Assembly: GCA_963847705.1 (NCBI GenBank)
Contig: CAWKBC010000017.1
Coordinates: 192,001-256,000, forward strand
DNA: 64,000 nt
Direction: 5' to 3'
Origin: an uncultured Pseudomonadota bacterium
Lineage (GTDB): Bacteria; Myxococcota_A; Polyangia; Fen-1088
A program made the position numbers and the translations under genes. This document shows, piece by piece, positions 50,893 through 62,043 of the stretch. The notes under the pieces are model-generated. The model saw only the letters and a list, made by a program, of their open reading frames with translations. It did no database searches and had not been told where the DNA came from. Each line of letters opens with the position of its first letter. Position 1 is the first letter of the stretch.

Positions 50893-51768
50893 TCATGGTT
50901 CCCAGCCCACGAAGACGCTGGCGATGACGTTGGTGCGGTCGTCGCCCGCCACCGGGGCTTCGGCCAGAAACGCCAGCCAGAGCCCATGCGCCAGGGCCGA
51001 ACGCATGCCGGCGCGCGGGGTGATGCTGATGAGCGTCACCATTGGCGCCACCTCGCTCCGGAGGCTGCCTCCGGCAAAGAGCGCGAAGGCGGGCTTGGGG
51101 GCGAACCAGACCTCGGCCAGAGCCGCAGGCTGGAGCTGACCGTGGGCCTGCCCCCCGGTGACGATGAGCGGTCCGGCCAGCGACACCCCGCCATCGGCCA
51201 GCCAGCGCCGGCTGAGCCGCGCGCGGCCGCTGGCCCCCAGCTCGAGCCCGGTCTCGATTCCGCTCTGACGGGCGGTGTCGATCGGCAGCAGAGCCCGGGC
51301 GTAGGCGGCGACGGCAGCGCGCGCGCCGCCCGCCAGCAGCAGGTGATAACCGACCGTCGCGGGCCCGAATGAGGCTTCGGTCGCCGCCAGTCCGGCGTCG
51401 TTGACGTACTGGTAGGTGATGAGGTCGACGGCGAGAGAGATCCCGCTCCGGGCGTTGATCCGCCGCCGCGCGCGCACCGTTCCGCTGGCGACGATGCGCC
51501 CCTCGAAGTCGGGCGCCGCGCTTCCGTCGAAGAGCTCGCCGCGCAGGCGCAGGGAGAGGTCGGAGCCCGGACAGGTTTCTGGGATGGCGCCGAAGTCGGC
51601 CGGTTGCGCCGCCTCGGTCCCTCCCGCCAGCGGTCCGGCCGCCGCCTCGAATCGGCCCGGACAGACGCCACCCGCGAGCTCGGCGCGCGCCGCGCCGGCG
51701 GCGCACAGAACGCAGCCGAGCAGCGCCGCCGCGACTATCCCTCTCACTGCAGGCCCGGCGCCGTCCAA
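50893..51768 (-). CDS. Hypothetical exported protein, possibly an outer-membrane beta-barrel
   Basis: Signal peptide, alternating amphipathic beta strands, aromatic near C-terminus (FVGWEP). Confidence 0.55.
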   Translation of the reverse strand: MDGAGPAVRGIVAAALLGCVLCAAGAARAELAGGVCPGRFEAAAGPLAGGTEAAQPADFGAIPETCPGSDLSLRLRGELFDGSAAPDFEGRIVASGTVRARRRINARSGISLAVDLITYQYVNDAGLAATEASFGPATVGYHLLLAGGARAAVAAYARALLPIDTARQSGIETGLELGASGRARLSRRWLADGGVSLAGPLIVTGGQAHGQLQPAALAEVWFAPKPAFALFAGGSLRSEVAPMVTLISITPRAGMRSALAHGLWLAFLAEAPVAGDDRTNVIASVFVGWEP

Positions 51769-54749
51769 CCGCCGCCGTCGAGATCGAGGAAAAACGGATT
51801 GCTGAACGCGGTGGGCCAGACCCCCGGCGCGATCGCTTGCAGATCGAACCGGGGATCGTCGAGCGCCGGCCGCCCCGGCACGTCCATGGCGGGGAGATCG
51901 GGCAGACCGTCGCCGTCGGTGTCGGCGGGGGTGTCCTGGTGGAGCCCTGCCTCGACGACCAGCCAGGCGTCCCCGGTGGCGGGGAGCAAGGTGGCGAGCT
52001 GCATGCTGACCGACCCGGACGAGACGTGGGTGCCGAAGGGGTCGCTGCTGGGGAAGAGAGACGAAAGGTCGAAGGTGTGCACGAGCACGCCGTTCACGAA
52101 GACGCGCGCCTCCGTCACCGGGATCCAGGGCGCGGCCGCGACGGAGATCTTCAGCGTGGCGGAATGGCTGACCGTGATGGGCGCCATGTCGGGGCGGTAG
52201 CTCGTCGCGCCGTCATCGATGGTGACATCGAGGACGGGCCCGTTGGTCCCCTCGAGGTGCCCGGCGCGCACGTCGGCATCGAAGCTGTCGACGTCGAACG
52301 TCCCCTGGTCGTGGCCCCCCCAGACCAGGTTGCGCGGGTACCCGACCTGCTCGATCGACAGCGAGTGGGAGTCGCTGTTGGCGGTGCCGACACGTTTGAA
52401 CCCCTGGTTGAGCAGCGAGAACCACAGCGCGCGGTAGCGCAGCCAATCGGCGCGGGAGGCGCCGGTCATCACCTCCTCGACGTCCCAGTCGATGTTGCGG
52501 TGGTGGCCGCCGGGCGCACGCGCCAGCGCGTTCGCGGCGAAGCTGAAGCCGTCGGTCGGCGTCGCCGGGATGGGCGTGGTCGGGTCGTAGCCGAGCGCGG
52601 CGGGGTAGCCCTGGTCGCGCCCCAGCTTGGCGAGCAGGTACGGGTGATTGAGCTGACGCACGCCGGTCGCGGGGTTGGCGAACACCGCGTCCATGTCGTC
52701 CATCAACTGGCCGGGCTCGCGCAGCTCCGGCCAGGGGGCGCCGTTGCGGGTCTGGAGAAAATCGGGGACCAGCGGCCAAAAATTGAAATGCCCGAGCGTC
52801 TTCGGGAACCGGTCGCCGGGGACGTAGTACCAGAGGATGTTGGGCGTCTGCTCGACCCCGGGGATGACCACGATGGAATTCGTCGCGCCCAGCGTGGCCA
52901 GCGTGCTCGCGTAGCTGGTGACCACGTTGTGGTCGGTCGCGATGATCACGTCGACGCCGGTGGCGAGAAAGCTGATCACCCGATCGAGGTCGGGGATGGA
53001 GGTGTCGAAGCTGGCGCCGCCGTGGACGTGGAAGTCGCCCGAGACGACCCCGCTCGGCAGGAGCTGCGGGAGCGACTGGACCTGCAGTTTGACCGGCAAG
53101 GACATCCCCGGCGCGAGGTTGACCTCGGTGCGATCGATGCTGGAGAACGGTCCGCGGGTGGCATAGACGTAGTAATGCCCGGGCGGGACAGCCAGCTCGA
53201 AGCTGCCGTTGACGGTGAGCGCGCGGTTGCACGCCGGTGAGCCTCCGTCCGGCGGGCCGAGCATGGGCGCGCAGACCACGAGCGTGCTCGTGCACGGGGG
53301 CGAGCCGCCGTTCGAAGGGGCGGCCGTCGGCGGGCAGCCGGCGAACAGGCCGTAGAGGCTGGGGACCGGAGCGCCGGTGGCCGCCGGATCGTCGAAGGGG
53401 ATGAGCACCAGCTCGGCGTAGGTGACGGGGACGCCGGGCGACGATTCGACGGTGACCGTCAGATCGGCCGAGGCCGTGATCGTCACGTCGCCAATCGACA
53501 GGTCGGTGTCCGCCGCTATGAACGAGGCGGCGGCGCCGGCCGGCAGCCCGAAGGCGTAGGGCTGGACGCGGTAGTTGCGGTTGGGCGGCAGGGCCACCTG
53601 GAAGGTGCCGTCGCTGGCCGGGACGACCTCGTTCCACGGGGTGATGCCGGTCGGATCGTCGACGTTGGGGCCGGCGGCCGGCTCGTAGAACAGCAGCGAG
53701 GCAGCGCTCCCCGAGCGGGGGTTGACCGGCGCGCCGTTGGCGACGACGCGTCCCTTGACCGTGACGGCGGGTGGATCGCCGTGAACCAGCGTCCGGACGT
53801 GCAGCGCTTCGGCCACCGCCGGGGCCAGCCCCGGCCCCGGCTCGGCGAGGATGAATCGCTCGAAGTGAAATCCGTCCCCCGGCTGGGTGACGTCGAGCGG
53901 GACGCCGGCCGCGGTCAGGGAGGAGCTGTTGAATCCGGCCGACTGCGGGCGATCGCAGGCGATGGCCGCGTAGGCGGTGTCGGGCGCCGCCTGCGATCGG
54001 GCGGCGAGAAACGGCCATTGCCGCCAGGCCTGGTCGAGGTGCTCGAGATCGAGGTTCGGCTCGACGAACCCCAGCCCCCGGCCGGGGACGAAGGGCGCCA
54101 GGCCGTTGTCGCCCCAGAAGAAGGCGTCGGCGAGGTAGAGCGTGCTCGGAGCGGAGGCGCCGTTGTAGAGGTCGCTGCGGACCCGGACGCCCGGCTCGCA
54201 GGGGCGCAGCTCGTAGCGGGTGACGACGGTGACGTGCGAATCGCTCTCCAGGTGGCCGCGAAAGATGACCGCGGCGTAGGCCCCGGGCGCCGACGGGTCG
54301 AGCTGGGGATCGAGGATGGCGGCGCTTTCATAGTGGACAGCGTCGCGCGGGAGCACGCCGGCCGCATGGTAGATGGCGTTGGTCTGATCTCCGGTGCTCA
54401 TTCCGAGCGGCGCCAGATCGAGAATCGCGCCGCCGGTGGGGCCGATGAAGTGCGGGTGGTCGGGAGCGTCGAGCACCACGCGGAGGAGATCGTTCTCGAG
54501 CAGGTAGTCTCCCTGCGCGGCCAGCGCCTTTGGCCCCGCGACCCGCTCGGGATCGTCTGGGCCAATCTGCTCGACGCGCAGCTTCGGCGCGGTGCAGGCG
54601 GCGTAGACCAGCGCCGGGCAGGCCGCCGGCGGAAGGCACTGACCGTCGTCGCCGCCGACGCAGCCGTCGCGGTGACAGCCGGCCGTGGTGGCGGCGAGCG
54701 CCAGGGCCCCGAGCAGGACCACCGGGGACAAGCTGCGCGGGCGCCTCAT
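51744..54749 (-). CDS. Large lipoprotein with C-terminal PHP-like (CehA/McbA-type) metallohydrolase domain
   Basis: Lipobox TAGC; GDFHVH, ATDHN, GHFN, NHP, ANSDSH, TNGP. Confidence 0.82.
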   Translation of the reverse strand: MRRPRSLSPVVLLGALALAATTAGCHRDGCVGGDDGQCLPPAACPALVYAACTAPKLRVEQIGPDDPERVAGPKALAAQGDYLLENDLLRVVLDAPDHPHFIGPTGGAILDLAPLGMSTGDQTNAIYHAAGVLPRDAVHYESAAILDPQLDPSAPGAYAAVIFRGHLESDSHVTVVTRYELRPCEPGVRVRSDLYNGASAPSTLYLADAFFWGDNGLAPFVPGRGLGFVEPNLDLEHLDQAWRQWPFLAARSQAAPDTAYAAIACDRPQSAGFNSSSLTAAGVPLDVTQPGDGFHFERFILAEPGPGLAPAVAEALHVRTLVHGDPPAVTVKGRVVANGAPVNPRSGSAASLLFYEPAAGPNVDDPTGITPWNEVVPASDGTFQVALPPNRNYRVQPYAFGLPAGAAASFIAADTDLSIGDVTITASADLTVTVESSPGVPVTYAELVLIPFDDPAATGAPVPSLYGLFAGCPPTAAPSNGGSPPCTSTLVVCAPMLGPPDGGSPACNRALTVNGSFELAVPPGHYYVYATRGPFSSIDRTEVNLAPGMSLPVKLQVQSLPQLLPSGVVSGDFHVHGGASFDTSIPDLDRVISFLATGVDVIIATDHNVVTSYASTLATLGATNSIVVIPGVEQTPNILWYYVPGDRFPKTLGHFNFWPLVPDFLQTRNGAPWPELREPGQLMDDMDAVFANPATGVRQLNHPYLLAKLGRDQGYPAALGYDPTTPIPATPTDGFSFAANALARAPGGHHRNIDWDVEEVMTGASRADWLRYRALWFSLLNQGFKRVGTANSDSHSLSIEQVGYPRNLVWGGHDQGTFDVDSFDADVRAGHLEGTNGPVLDVTIDDGATSYRPDMAPITVSHSATLKISVAAAPWIPVTEARVFVNGVLVHTFDLSSLFPSSDPFGTHVSSGSVSMQLATLLPATGDAWLVVEAGLHQDTPADTDGDGLPDLPAMDVPGRPALDDPRFDLQAIAPGVWPTAFSNPFFLDLDGGGWTAPGLQ

Positions 54750-54780
54750 CGCGCCGCATATTACTGCCGAATCAGCCGAA

Positions 54781-55557
54781 TCAGGCTTTGCTTGCGGCTG
54801 CCTGGGCGGGGGCGGCGCTCGGTGCCGTGGCGGCGGGCTTGGCGGGCGCCGCAGTCGCGGTGGAGGGAGCGGCGCTGGCCGGCGCGGGGCTGGCCCCTGC
54901 CGCACTGGCTGGCGCGACGCTGGTGGGCGGCGCGCTCGGCGCAGTCGGCGGGCGGCTCGGGCCGGGACCCGGGCCGGGGCCCGAACCGGCGACCGGCGCG
55001 GCGGGGCGAATGACGCCTCCGCGCGGGCCGATGATCATGACCATCCGGCGCCCCTCCATCATCGGGCGCTGCTCAACCATCGCGATGTCCGCAACGGTCT
55101 TCACCACGGAGTCGAGCATGGCCTGCCCGGTCTCGGGGTGAACGATCTCTCGGCCGCGGAAGACGATCACCAGCTTGCACTTGTTCCCCTCGGCGAGGAA
55201 CCGGCGAATGTGCTTCACCTTGAAGTCGAAGTCATGCTCGTCCGTCTTGGGACGGAGCTTGATCTCCTTGAGGACGACCGTCGTCTGGTGCTTCCGCGAA
55301 GCCTTTTCCTTCTTCGACGTCTCGTACTTGAACTTGCCGAAGTCCATGATCTTGCAAACCGGCGGCGCTGCGCGCGGGTTCACCTCGACCAGCTCGAGCC
55401 CGGCCTCTTCGGCCAGCTTGAGCGCTTCGTGCGTGGGGATGACGCCAATTTGCGCGCCGTCGGCGCCGATGACCCGCACCTCGGGCACGCGGATGCGGCG
55501 GCCCACTCGGTAGTTGTCCGTCGCGCTGGGGGGAGCTTGATTGAATGGTCTTGGGAT
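54781..55557 (-). CDS. infC: Translation initiation factor IF-3 with probable ATC start and Ala/Pro-rich C-terminal tail
   Basis: PPVCKIMDFGKFKYE, KEIKLRP, FRGRE; AGGAG-AAAG-ATC-ATC in frame upstream. Confidence 0.95.
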   Translation of the reverse strand: MPRPFNQAPPSATDNYRVGRRIRVPEVRVIGADGAQIGVIPTHEALKLAEEAGLELVEVNPRAAPPVCKIMDFGKFKYETSKKEKASRKHQTTVVLKEIKLRPKTDEHDFDFKVKHIRRFLAEGNKCKLVIVFRGREIVHPETGQAMLDSVVKTVADIAMVEQRPMMEGRRMVMIIGPRGGVIRPAAPVAGSGPGPGPGPSRPPTAPSAPPTSVAPASAAGASPAPASAAPSTATAAPAKPAATAPSAAPAQAAASKA

Positions 55558-55649
55558 GATCTTTCTCCTGGTGGGTGGTGGCTAGGTTAAGGGAGGCAAA
55601 ACGTCAGGTTATTGTAATGCCGGCGGGCGCTTCGGGATCCCCGCCGAGA

Positions 55650-57497
55650 TCAGGAATCTTTCTTGTCAGGGGCTTGGTGGGGGGGGCTTGGTGGGGTCTC
55701 GGTGGGGGCCTTGGTCGGGTCGGCAGACGCCAGATCGGGGACCTTGGCCTCGGCGGCCAGCCGCCGGGCGAACTCATCGAGCGGCGTGGCCGGCTGCTGC
55801 GCCCCTTCCCGGGTGCGTGGGGAGACCACACGTGCGGCCATGTCTTTTTCTCCCACCACGACCATGTAAGGGATCTTCTCCAGCTGGGCTCGTCGAATTT
55901 TGGCGCCCAGCTTGTCGGCGGCCAGGTCGGCCTCGACCCGCAGCCCTTCGGCCTTCAGGCGCTCGCTGACCTCGCGCGCGTAAGCCTCGGCCTTGTCGCT
56001 GACGGAGAGCACGCGCGCCTGGACCGGCGCCAGCCAGAGCGGAAAAGCCCCGGCGAAGTGCTCGATGAGCACGGCGATGAACCGCTCGATGGAGCCGAGC
56101 AGCGCCCGGTGGATCATGACCGGCCGCTGGCGCGACCCGTCCGTGGCCACGTACTCCAGCTTGAACCGCTCGGGGAGCTGGAAGTCGAGCTGGAATGTCC
56201 CGCACTGCCACTCGCGGCCGATGGCGTCGCGGATCTTGAGGTCGATCTTGGGGCCGTAGAACGCCCCACCCCCCTCGTCGACCTCGAACGGCTTCCCGGT
56301 CCCCTCGAGCACGCGCCGGATCGCTGCCTCGGCGCGATCCCAGGAGGCGCTCTCGCCCATCAGGCTCTCGGGCCGCGTTGAGAGGAAGAGCTTCACGTCG
56401 GTGAAGCCGAACAGGTCGAGGATGTCGATGGCGAACTTGAAGCAGTCGCGCATCTCCTCTTCGATCTGCTCCTCGCGGACGAAGAGGTGCGCATCGTCCT
56501 GGGTGAACCCGCGCACGCGCAGGAGGCCATGCAGCACGCCCGAGCGCTCGTAGCGGTAGACCGTTCCGAGCTCGGCGAAGCGCAGCGGCAGATCTCGGTA
56601 GGAGCGCATCTGCGACCGGTAGATGGCGATGTGGAACGGGCAGTTCATCGGCTTGACGAGGTACCGCTGCCCTTCCAGCTCCATGCCGCCGAAGAGGTTC
56701 TCCTTGTAGTGCTCGAGGTGGCCGGAGATCTGGAGCAGCTGCTCGCGCGCGACGTGGGGGCTATAGACCGGCTGGTAGCCGCGCCGCACGACCTCGCGCC
56801 GAATGAGATCCTCGATCATCTGGCGGAGCATCGCCCCCTTCGGGTGCCAGAGGGCGAACCCGGGGCCGACCAGCTCGTCGAAGGAGAAGAGATCGAGCTC
56901 GCGCCCCAACGTCCGGTGGTCGCGCTTCTTGGCCTCTTCCAGCCGGCGCAGGTGCTCGTCGAGCTCCGCCTGCGAAGGGAACGCCGTCCCGTAGACGCGC
57001 TGGAGCTGGGGGTTGCGCTCGTCGCCGCGCCAGTAGGCGCCGGCGAACGACAGCACCTTGAAGGCCTTGATGTCGCCGGTCGACTCGACGTGCGGGCCGC
57101 GGCAGAGATCGATGAAGTCGCCGTGCTGGAAGTAGGAGACCTCTTCCGATTCGGGGATCGATTCGATGATCTCGACCTTGTACTTCTCGCCGCGCGAACG
57201 GAACCGCTCGATCGCCTCGGCGCGCGAGACCACGTGCCGCTCGAACGGCAGGTTCTCGGCCACGATCTTGCGCATCTCCTCCTCGATGCGCGCGGCGTCC
57301 TCGGGCGCGAACGGCTCGGTGTCGAAGTCGTAGTAAAAGCCGGTCTCGATCGAGGGACCGATCGCCACCTTGGCGCCGGGGCGCAGCCGCTGGACGGCGT
57401 CCGCCATCACGTGCGACGCCGAGTGCCGCATCCGCGACAGCGGATCGTCGGGAACGTCCCCCTTGTCGCGGGGCCGAATGGTCTTGGCGGAACTCAC
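55650..57497 (-). CDS. thrS: Threonine-tRNA ligase (no N-terminal TGS domain)
   Basis: RHSASHVMA, DLCRGPH, KPMNCP, RVRGFTQDDAH, IHRALLGSIERF. Confidence 0.97.
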   Translation of the reverse strand: MSSAKTIRPRDKGDVPDDPLSRMRHSASHVMADAVQRLRPGAKVAIGPSIETGFYYDFDTEPFAPEDAARIEEEMRKIVAENLPFERHVVSRAEAIERFRSRGEKYKVEIIESIPESEEVSYFQHGDFIDLCRGPHVESTGDIKAFKVLSFAGAYWRGDERNPQLQRVYGTAFPSQAELDEHLRRLEEAKKRDHRTLGRELDLFSFDELVGPGFALWHPKGAMLRQMIEDLIRREVVRRGYQPVYSPHVAREQLLQISGHLEHYKENLFGGMELEGQRYLVKPMNCPFHIAIYRSQMRSYRDLPLRFAELGTVYRYERSGVLHGLLRVRGFTQDDAHLFVREEQIEEEMRDCFKFAIDILDLFGFTDVKLFLSTRPESLMGESASWDRAEAAIRRVLEGTGKPFEVDEGGGAFYGPKIDLKIRDAIGREWQCGTFQLDFQLPERFKLEYVATDGSRQRPVMIHRALLGSIERFIAVLIEHFAGAFPLWLAPVQARVLSVSDKAEAYAREVSERLKAEGLRVEADLAADKLGAKIRRAQLEKIPYMVVVGEKDMAARVVSPRTREGAQQPATPLDEFARRLAAEAKVPDLASADPTKAPTETPPSPPHQAPDKKDS

Positions 57498-57590
57498 GCG
57501 GGCAGCATAGCCGCGAGAACCGAGCACGCACCCAACCAAACAGCAACGAAATCGTTTCCCCCCATCCCGAGAACAGGCGAGGGAGAGGGC

Positions 57591-57665
<75 letters not shown>

Positions 57666-57709
57666 GGGATTTTTCTCTTACGATTCCGACGCCGATTTCG
57701 ATTCGGCGT

Positions 57710-57737
57710 ACGTTACGGTTCCCGCGTTCCGTGTCAA
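57710..57737 (-). promoter_or_regulatory. Candidate sigma70 promoter for tRNA-Val/thrS
   Basis: TTGACA-16 nt-TAACGT on the minus strand, ~45 nt upstream of the tRNA. Confidence 0.4.
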
Positions 57738-57763
57738 GGGAAACAAGCCGGCGGTCCTCGGTG

Positions 57764-59101
57764 ATGATCCAGGTCCCGCTTGTGGGTGACGGTGGTGCCG
57801 GCGCGCGCGCGGCGATCGCCAGGATTCGGACCTGGTTGGCCGCCCGGGCGACGACGGTGCCGTTCCGGCTGGCGGTGGCGCTGGGGCTGCTCGGATTGCA
57901 GCTGGCGGTGGCGATTCACTCCGGCGAGCGATTCAACGCAAGTTCAACGCCGCGCCCGGGAACCCTCCCCACTTTCAAAATCCGGCCAGCGACTGGGCCC
58001 CTCGAAACTGGGATCGGCTGATTGTCAGCCGCTGGGACTCCGGCAACTACATCGAGCTCGGCCTGCGCGGCTACCGTTACTGTCCGCCGCGCGGGCCGAC
58101 GCTCCCTGTTCGCGCTCCCGGCTGCAATCTGGCTTTTTATCCGACGTACGGCCTCGCCGGACGTTACGTCGCGATGGTCTCGGGCCTCCCGATCGACTTC
58201 GCGATGTGGGCGATCTCCCTGGTGTCGTCGTTCCTGTTTCTGTTCCTCTGGACCGGCAAGGACCTGACGTCGCGGCTCGGCGTCGCCGAGACCTATCTGG
58301 CGCTGCTGTTCTTCAACGCCTACACCACCGGTTACTGCCTGGTGATGGTCCAGACAGAGCCGCTGACGCTGGTGCTGGCGCTCGGGCGCCTTCGTGGCCT
58401 TCGCGCGCCAGCACCGGCTGGCCGGCGCGTTGCTGGCTGGGGCCACCACCGGCGTTCGCATCACCGGCGTGGCGATCGGGCTGGCGTTTGCGGCGGGGCT
58501 GCTGGTCGAGCTCTTGCGGGAGCGCCCGCGCTCCGTCTGGCCCTGGGTGCGCGGCCTTCTCCTGGCGGTCGTCGGCGTCTGGGGCCAGCTGGCGTTGATG
58601 GCCTATCACGCCCACCGGTTCGGCGATCCGATGACCTACATCCATGCCCACGGTCAGCTGTTCCACCACGAGCGCCCGGGCCTCGGTGCCCTGCTTCCAC
58701 CCGACGCCGACAAGATCGTCCAGTCGATCGATTACCCGTTGCACGAGGGGCTGTGGCTGGCGGCGGCGTTGCTCTGGTTCGTCCACGGGCACCGCGAGGC
58801 CTTGCGGCGTTTCCCCCTCGAGCAGCAGGCCTTCTGGTACGTGACCTACTTGGCGACCGTCGGCATCGCCACCGTTGGAATGATGCCGATCTCGCTGGCC
58901 GGGATGAGCCGCTATCTCCTCCTGGCGCTGCCGATGTTCTTCGCGATGGCGGCCGCCATGCGCCCGCGCCCCCTGCTGGCGCTGCTCTGGCTGGCGATGA
59001 CCGCCTGGCACTACTGGAACGTCGACATCTGCACCTACACCGGCGGGATGGGCGACCACGTGCTGGCGGTCTGCCACAGCCCGCACTGGATCAGGCACTG
59101 A
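57764..59101 (+). CDS. Multi-TM GT-C mannosyltransferase-like protein (two apparent frameshifts, ~57938 and ~58385)
   Basis: RWDSGNY..LGLRGY, LAFYP, QTEPL, GMSRY spread over three frames. Confidence 0.7.
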
Positions 59102-60909
59102 TCGCTGGGCGCCTCGCTCTGCGTTCGCGCGCGAGCAGCAGCCCCTGCGCGACGACAGTGAGGACGAAGACGACGAGGCCGGCGGTCAGGCCCGTCGGCC
59201 GATAGGAGATCTCCACCAGCTCTTCGCTGCTCCGCACCTTGGCCCCGACGAGCCCGTGCCAGTTCTCGGCCGGCGCCCCGCCGGCGCGCCAGCCGGGATC
59301 GAAGTTCATGTCGTAGACGACGCGATCGCCGGGCGAGGCGCCGGTGACCTGGAGCGTGACCGCGTTGGGCGTCCAGCGGGTCACCTCGGCGCGTCCGGCG
59401 CCGCTGGCGAGAAAGGCCAGGCCGCGATAGTCGGGCTGGTCGCTGCCGATGACGGTGCTCTTGGCCTCGGGCGGGATGCCGTAGCAGGTGACCATCCCGG
59501 TGTTGGCGAGCATCGAGGGATAGATGATCTTGGCGGGCCACTCGTACCGATCGCGCAGCTCGGGTCCGACCGCCGGTTTTCCGTAGCGGTAGTGCTGGAA
59601 CTTCTCCTGCTTGAAGGCGGCGCTCGCCTTCACCGGCGGCACCTGCAGGCGAAACGGCGCGACGGTCGCCTGCCGGGAGATCGACGCCAGGTCGAAACCG
59701 TAGAGACAGACGATCGCCAGCGCCGCGGCCTCCGCCCAGCGGCGGCCCCGGCCGCGGGTGAAGCGCCCCCAGGGCTCGCTGGGCGCCGGCGGCCAGAACG
59801 AGGGCGAGCAGCAGGATCGCCAGGAACAGAATCCGGGCCGGCAGGTGCTGCGAGCTGAAGAGCGGGATGTGGTGGACCAGCGCCCAGATCGATTGCCCCA
59901 GCGACAGCACGACGCAGCAGAGCGCGGCGACCTTGAGCGCCACCAGACGGGGGCTCCACCCGACGGCCAGCGCGGCGAAGAGCGCCAGTACCCCGGCCAC
60001 GCCGACGTAGGCGCCCCACTCCCACCAGACCCAGAAGACCCGCAGCGGCAGGTGGGGATAGAAGTCGAAGCCCTGCTGGCGCGCGGTCAGCATCACCCAG
60101 ACGGAGTGCAACGACACGGCGTCGGCCGACTCGATGAGGCGCGGGTAGCGCGACATCGTGGCCAGGACCGGCAGGAGCTTGGGGGCGGCCAGACCGATCG
60201 AGGTGGCCGCGGTGAGGAGAAACAGCGCCAGCGGCCGGCGCGAGCGGACGGCGACGGCGCGCCCGATGGCGTAGAGCCAGAGCACCATCAAGGTGTGCGG
60301 ATAGGGATAGATGCCGCCCAGGTAGACGATCAGCGCCAGCAGGGCGCCGCCCGCCGCCGTCAGCGCCCGGCGATCCTCGTCGATCGCCCGGTCGAGGAAA
60401 TAGAGGACGAACGGCGTCCAGGCGTAGGCCAGGTGCCACATGTGCCCCGAGGCGACCTGCAGCGCCCAGCGGCTGCCCAGCATCCAGATGGCGGCCACGA
60501 ACGCCCGCCAGGCCGGACTGCGGGTGAAGCGGCCGGCCAGCAGGAAGGCGCCGAGGACCCCGACCCAGGTGGCGGCCACCACCTCGAGGCGCAGGGCCAG
60601 CGGAAACGAGAAGAGAAAATAGAGCGGCGCGAAGGGTGAGATGAAGTTGGTCGCCCCCTCGGCGTAACCCCAGGCGGGGAAGCCGCCGCAGAACCAGGGG
60701 TTCCACCAGGGGGCCTGGCCGTGGCGGAGCGCCAGCACGGTCACGTAGCGGTAGGCGGCTTGCGAGTCCCAGTCCTGAAAGCCCATCGCCCGCACGTCGG
60801 CGAAGAACGGCGCGAAGATCCAGAGCGCCAGCAGGAGGATCGGGACGACCGCCGCCCAGGCCCAAAGGGGATCGTGGCGATCGCGAAGGGAGCGCGGCGA
60901 CTCGGGCAC
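59091..60909 (-). CDS. Multi-TM YfhO/GT-C-like membrane protein (apparent frameshift at ~59750-59775)
   Basis: DWD, PWWNPWFCGGFP, many TM segments, C-terminal NFDPGW...ISYRP. Confidence 0.7.
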
Positions 60910-61025
60910 GGCGCGACTTTCGTATGCCCCGACCGCGACAGCAAGTCAGGCGACAGCAAGGTCGGGCGACGCGACGTGCAGGCCGACTTGCTCCCGCTGC
61001 GCCGCGCTGGCAAGATTTCCGCGCT

Positions 61026-62000
61026 TTGATCATTGGCCGTAGCCCTCTGCGTGTCTCTCTCGGCGGAGGGGGCACCGACCTCCCCTCGTACTACCGCGAG
61101 CACGGCGGGTTTCTGATCGCCGCCGCGATGACCAAGTACGTCTACGTCTCGATGCACGAGACGCCTCTGCAGGAGATGCTGCTCCGGTATTCGCAGATCG
61201 AACGCGTCAAGGAGGTCTCCGAGATCCGCCACCCGATCCTCCGGGAGGCGCTCACCTTGACCGGCATCCGCGGGCCGAATCTGGAGATCACCAGCATGGC
61301 GGACATCCCCTCGGGGACCGGGCTCGGCTCCTCGGGGAGCTTCGCCACCTGCCTGCTCAAGGTGCTGCACAAGTTCAAGCGGCAGAACATCCACCCCCGC
61401 GAGCTGGCCGAGATGGCCTGTCACCTCGAGATCGACGTCCTCAAGGAGCCGATCGGGAAGCAGGATCAGTACATCGCGGCCTTCGGCGGCGTGACGGTGT
61501 TCGAGTTCAACCGGGACGACAGCGTCTCCGCGCGCCCGGTGCGGGCCAGCGCCGACACGCTGGATCTGCTGGAGGACAGCCTGATCATGGTGTCGACCGG
61601 CTTTTATCGGGCGGCCGGCCAGGTCCTCAAGGAGCAGGACGACAGGACGCGGACGGCCGACCCCACGATGGTCAGCAACCTGCACTACGTCAAAGAGCTG
61701 GGGCAGCGCAGCCTGGAGGCGATCGAGAGCGGCAACCTCACCGATCTCGGCCGGCTGATGGACGAGCACTGGGCGCACAAGAAGAAGCGTTCGAGCCTGA
61801 TGTCGAACCCCGACATCGACCGCTGGTATGCGCTGGCGATGGAGAACGGCGCCCTGGGCGGCAAGCTGATCGGGGCGGGCGGCGGTGGCTTCTTGCTGTT
61901 TTACACCGAGCAGAAGGGGCGCCTGCGCCACGCGCTCCGGGGCGCCGGCCTCGTCGAGGTGAACCTCGGCTTCGATTATGAAGGCACCAAGATCCTGTAG
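61026..62000 (+). CDS. GHMP sugar kinase, HddA-like (D-glycero-alpha-D-manno-heptose 7-phosphate kinase)
   Basis: PLRVSLGGGGTD, PSGTGLGSS, GKQDQY, GGKLIGAGGGGF; TTG start. Confidence 0.88.
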   Translation: MIIGRSPLRVSLGGGGTDLPSYYREHGGFLIAAAMTKYVYVSMHETPLQEMLLRYSQIERVKEVSEIRHPILREALTLTGIRGPNLEITSMADIPSGTGLGSSGSFATCLLKVLHKFKRQNIHPRELAEMACHLEIDVLKEPIGKQDQYIAAFGGVTVFEFNRDDSVSARPVRASADTLDLLEDSLIMVSTGFYRAAGQVLKEQDDRTRTADPTMVSNLHYVKELGQRSLEAIESGNLTDLGRLMDEHWAHKKKRSSLMSNPDIDRWYALAMENGALGGKLIGAGGGGFLLFYTEQKGRLRHALRGAGLVEVNLGFDYEGTKIL

Positions 62001-62043
62001 CGTTGGCGACCTCCTCGGCTCCTGGCGGGATCGAATTGCGGAG

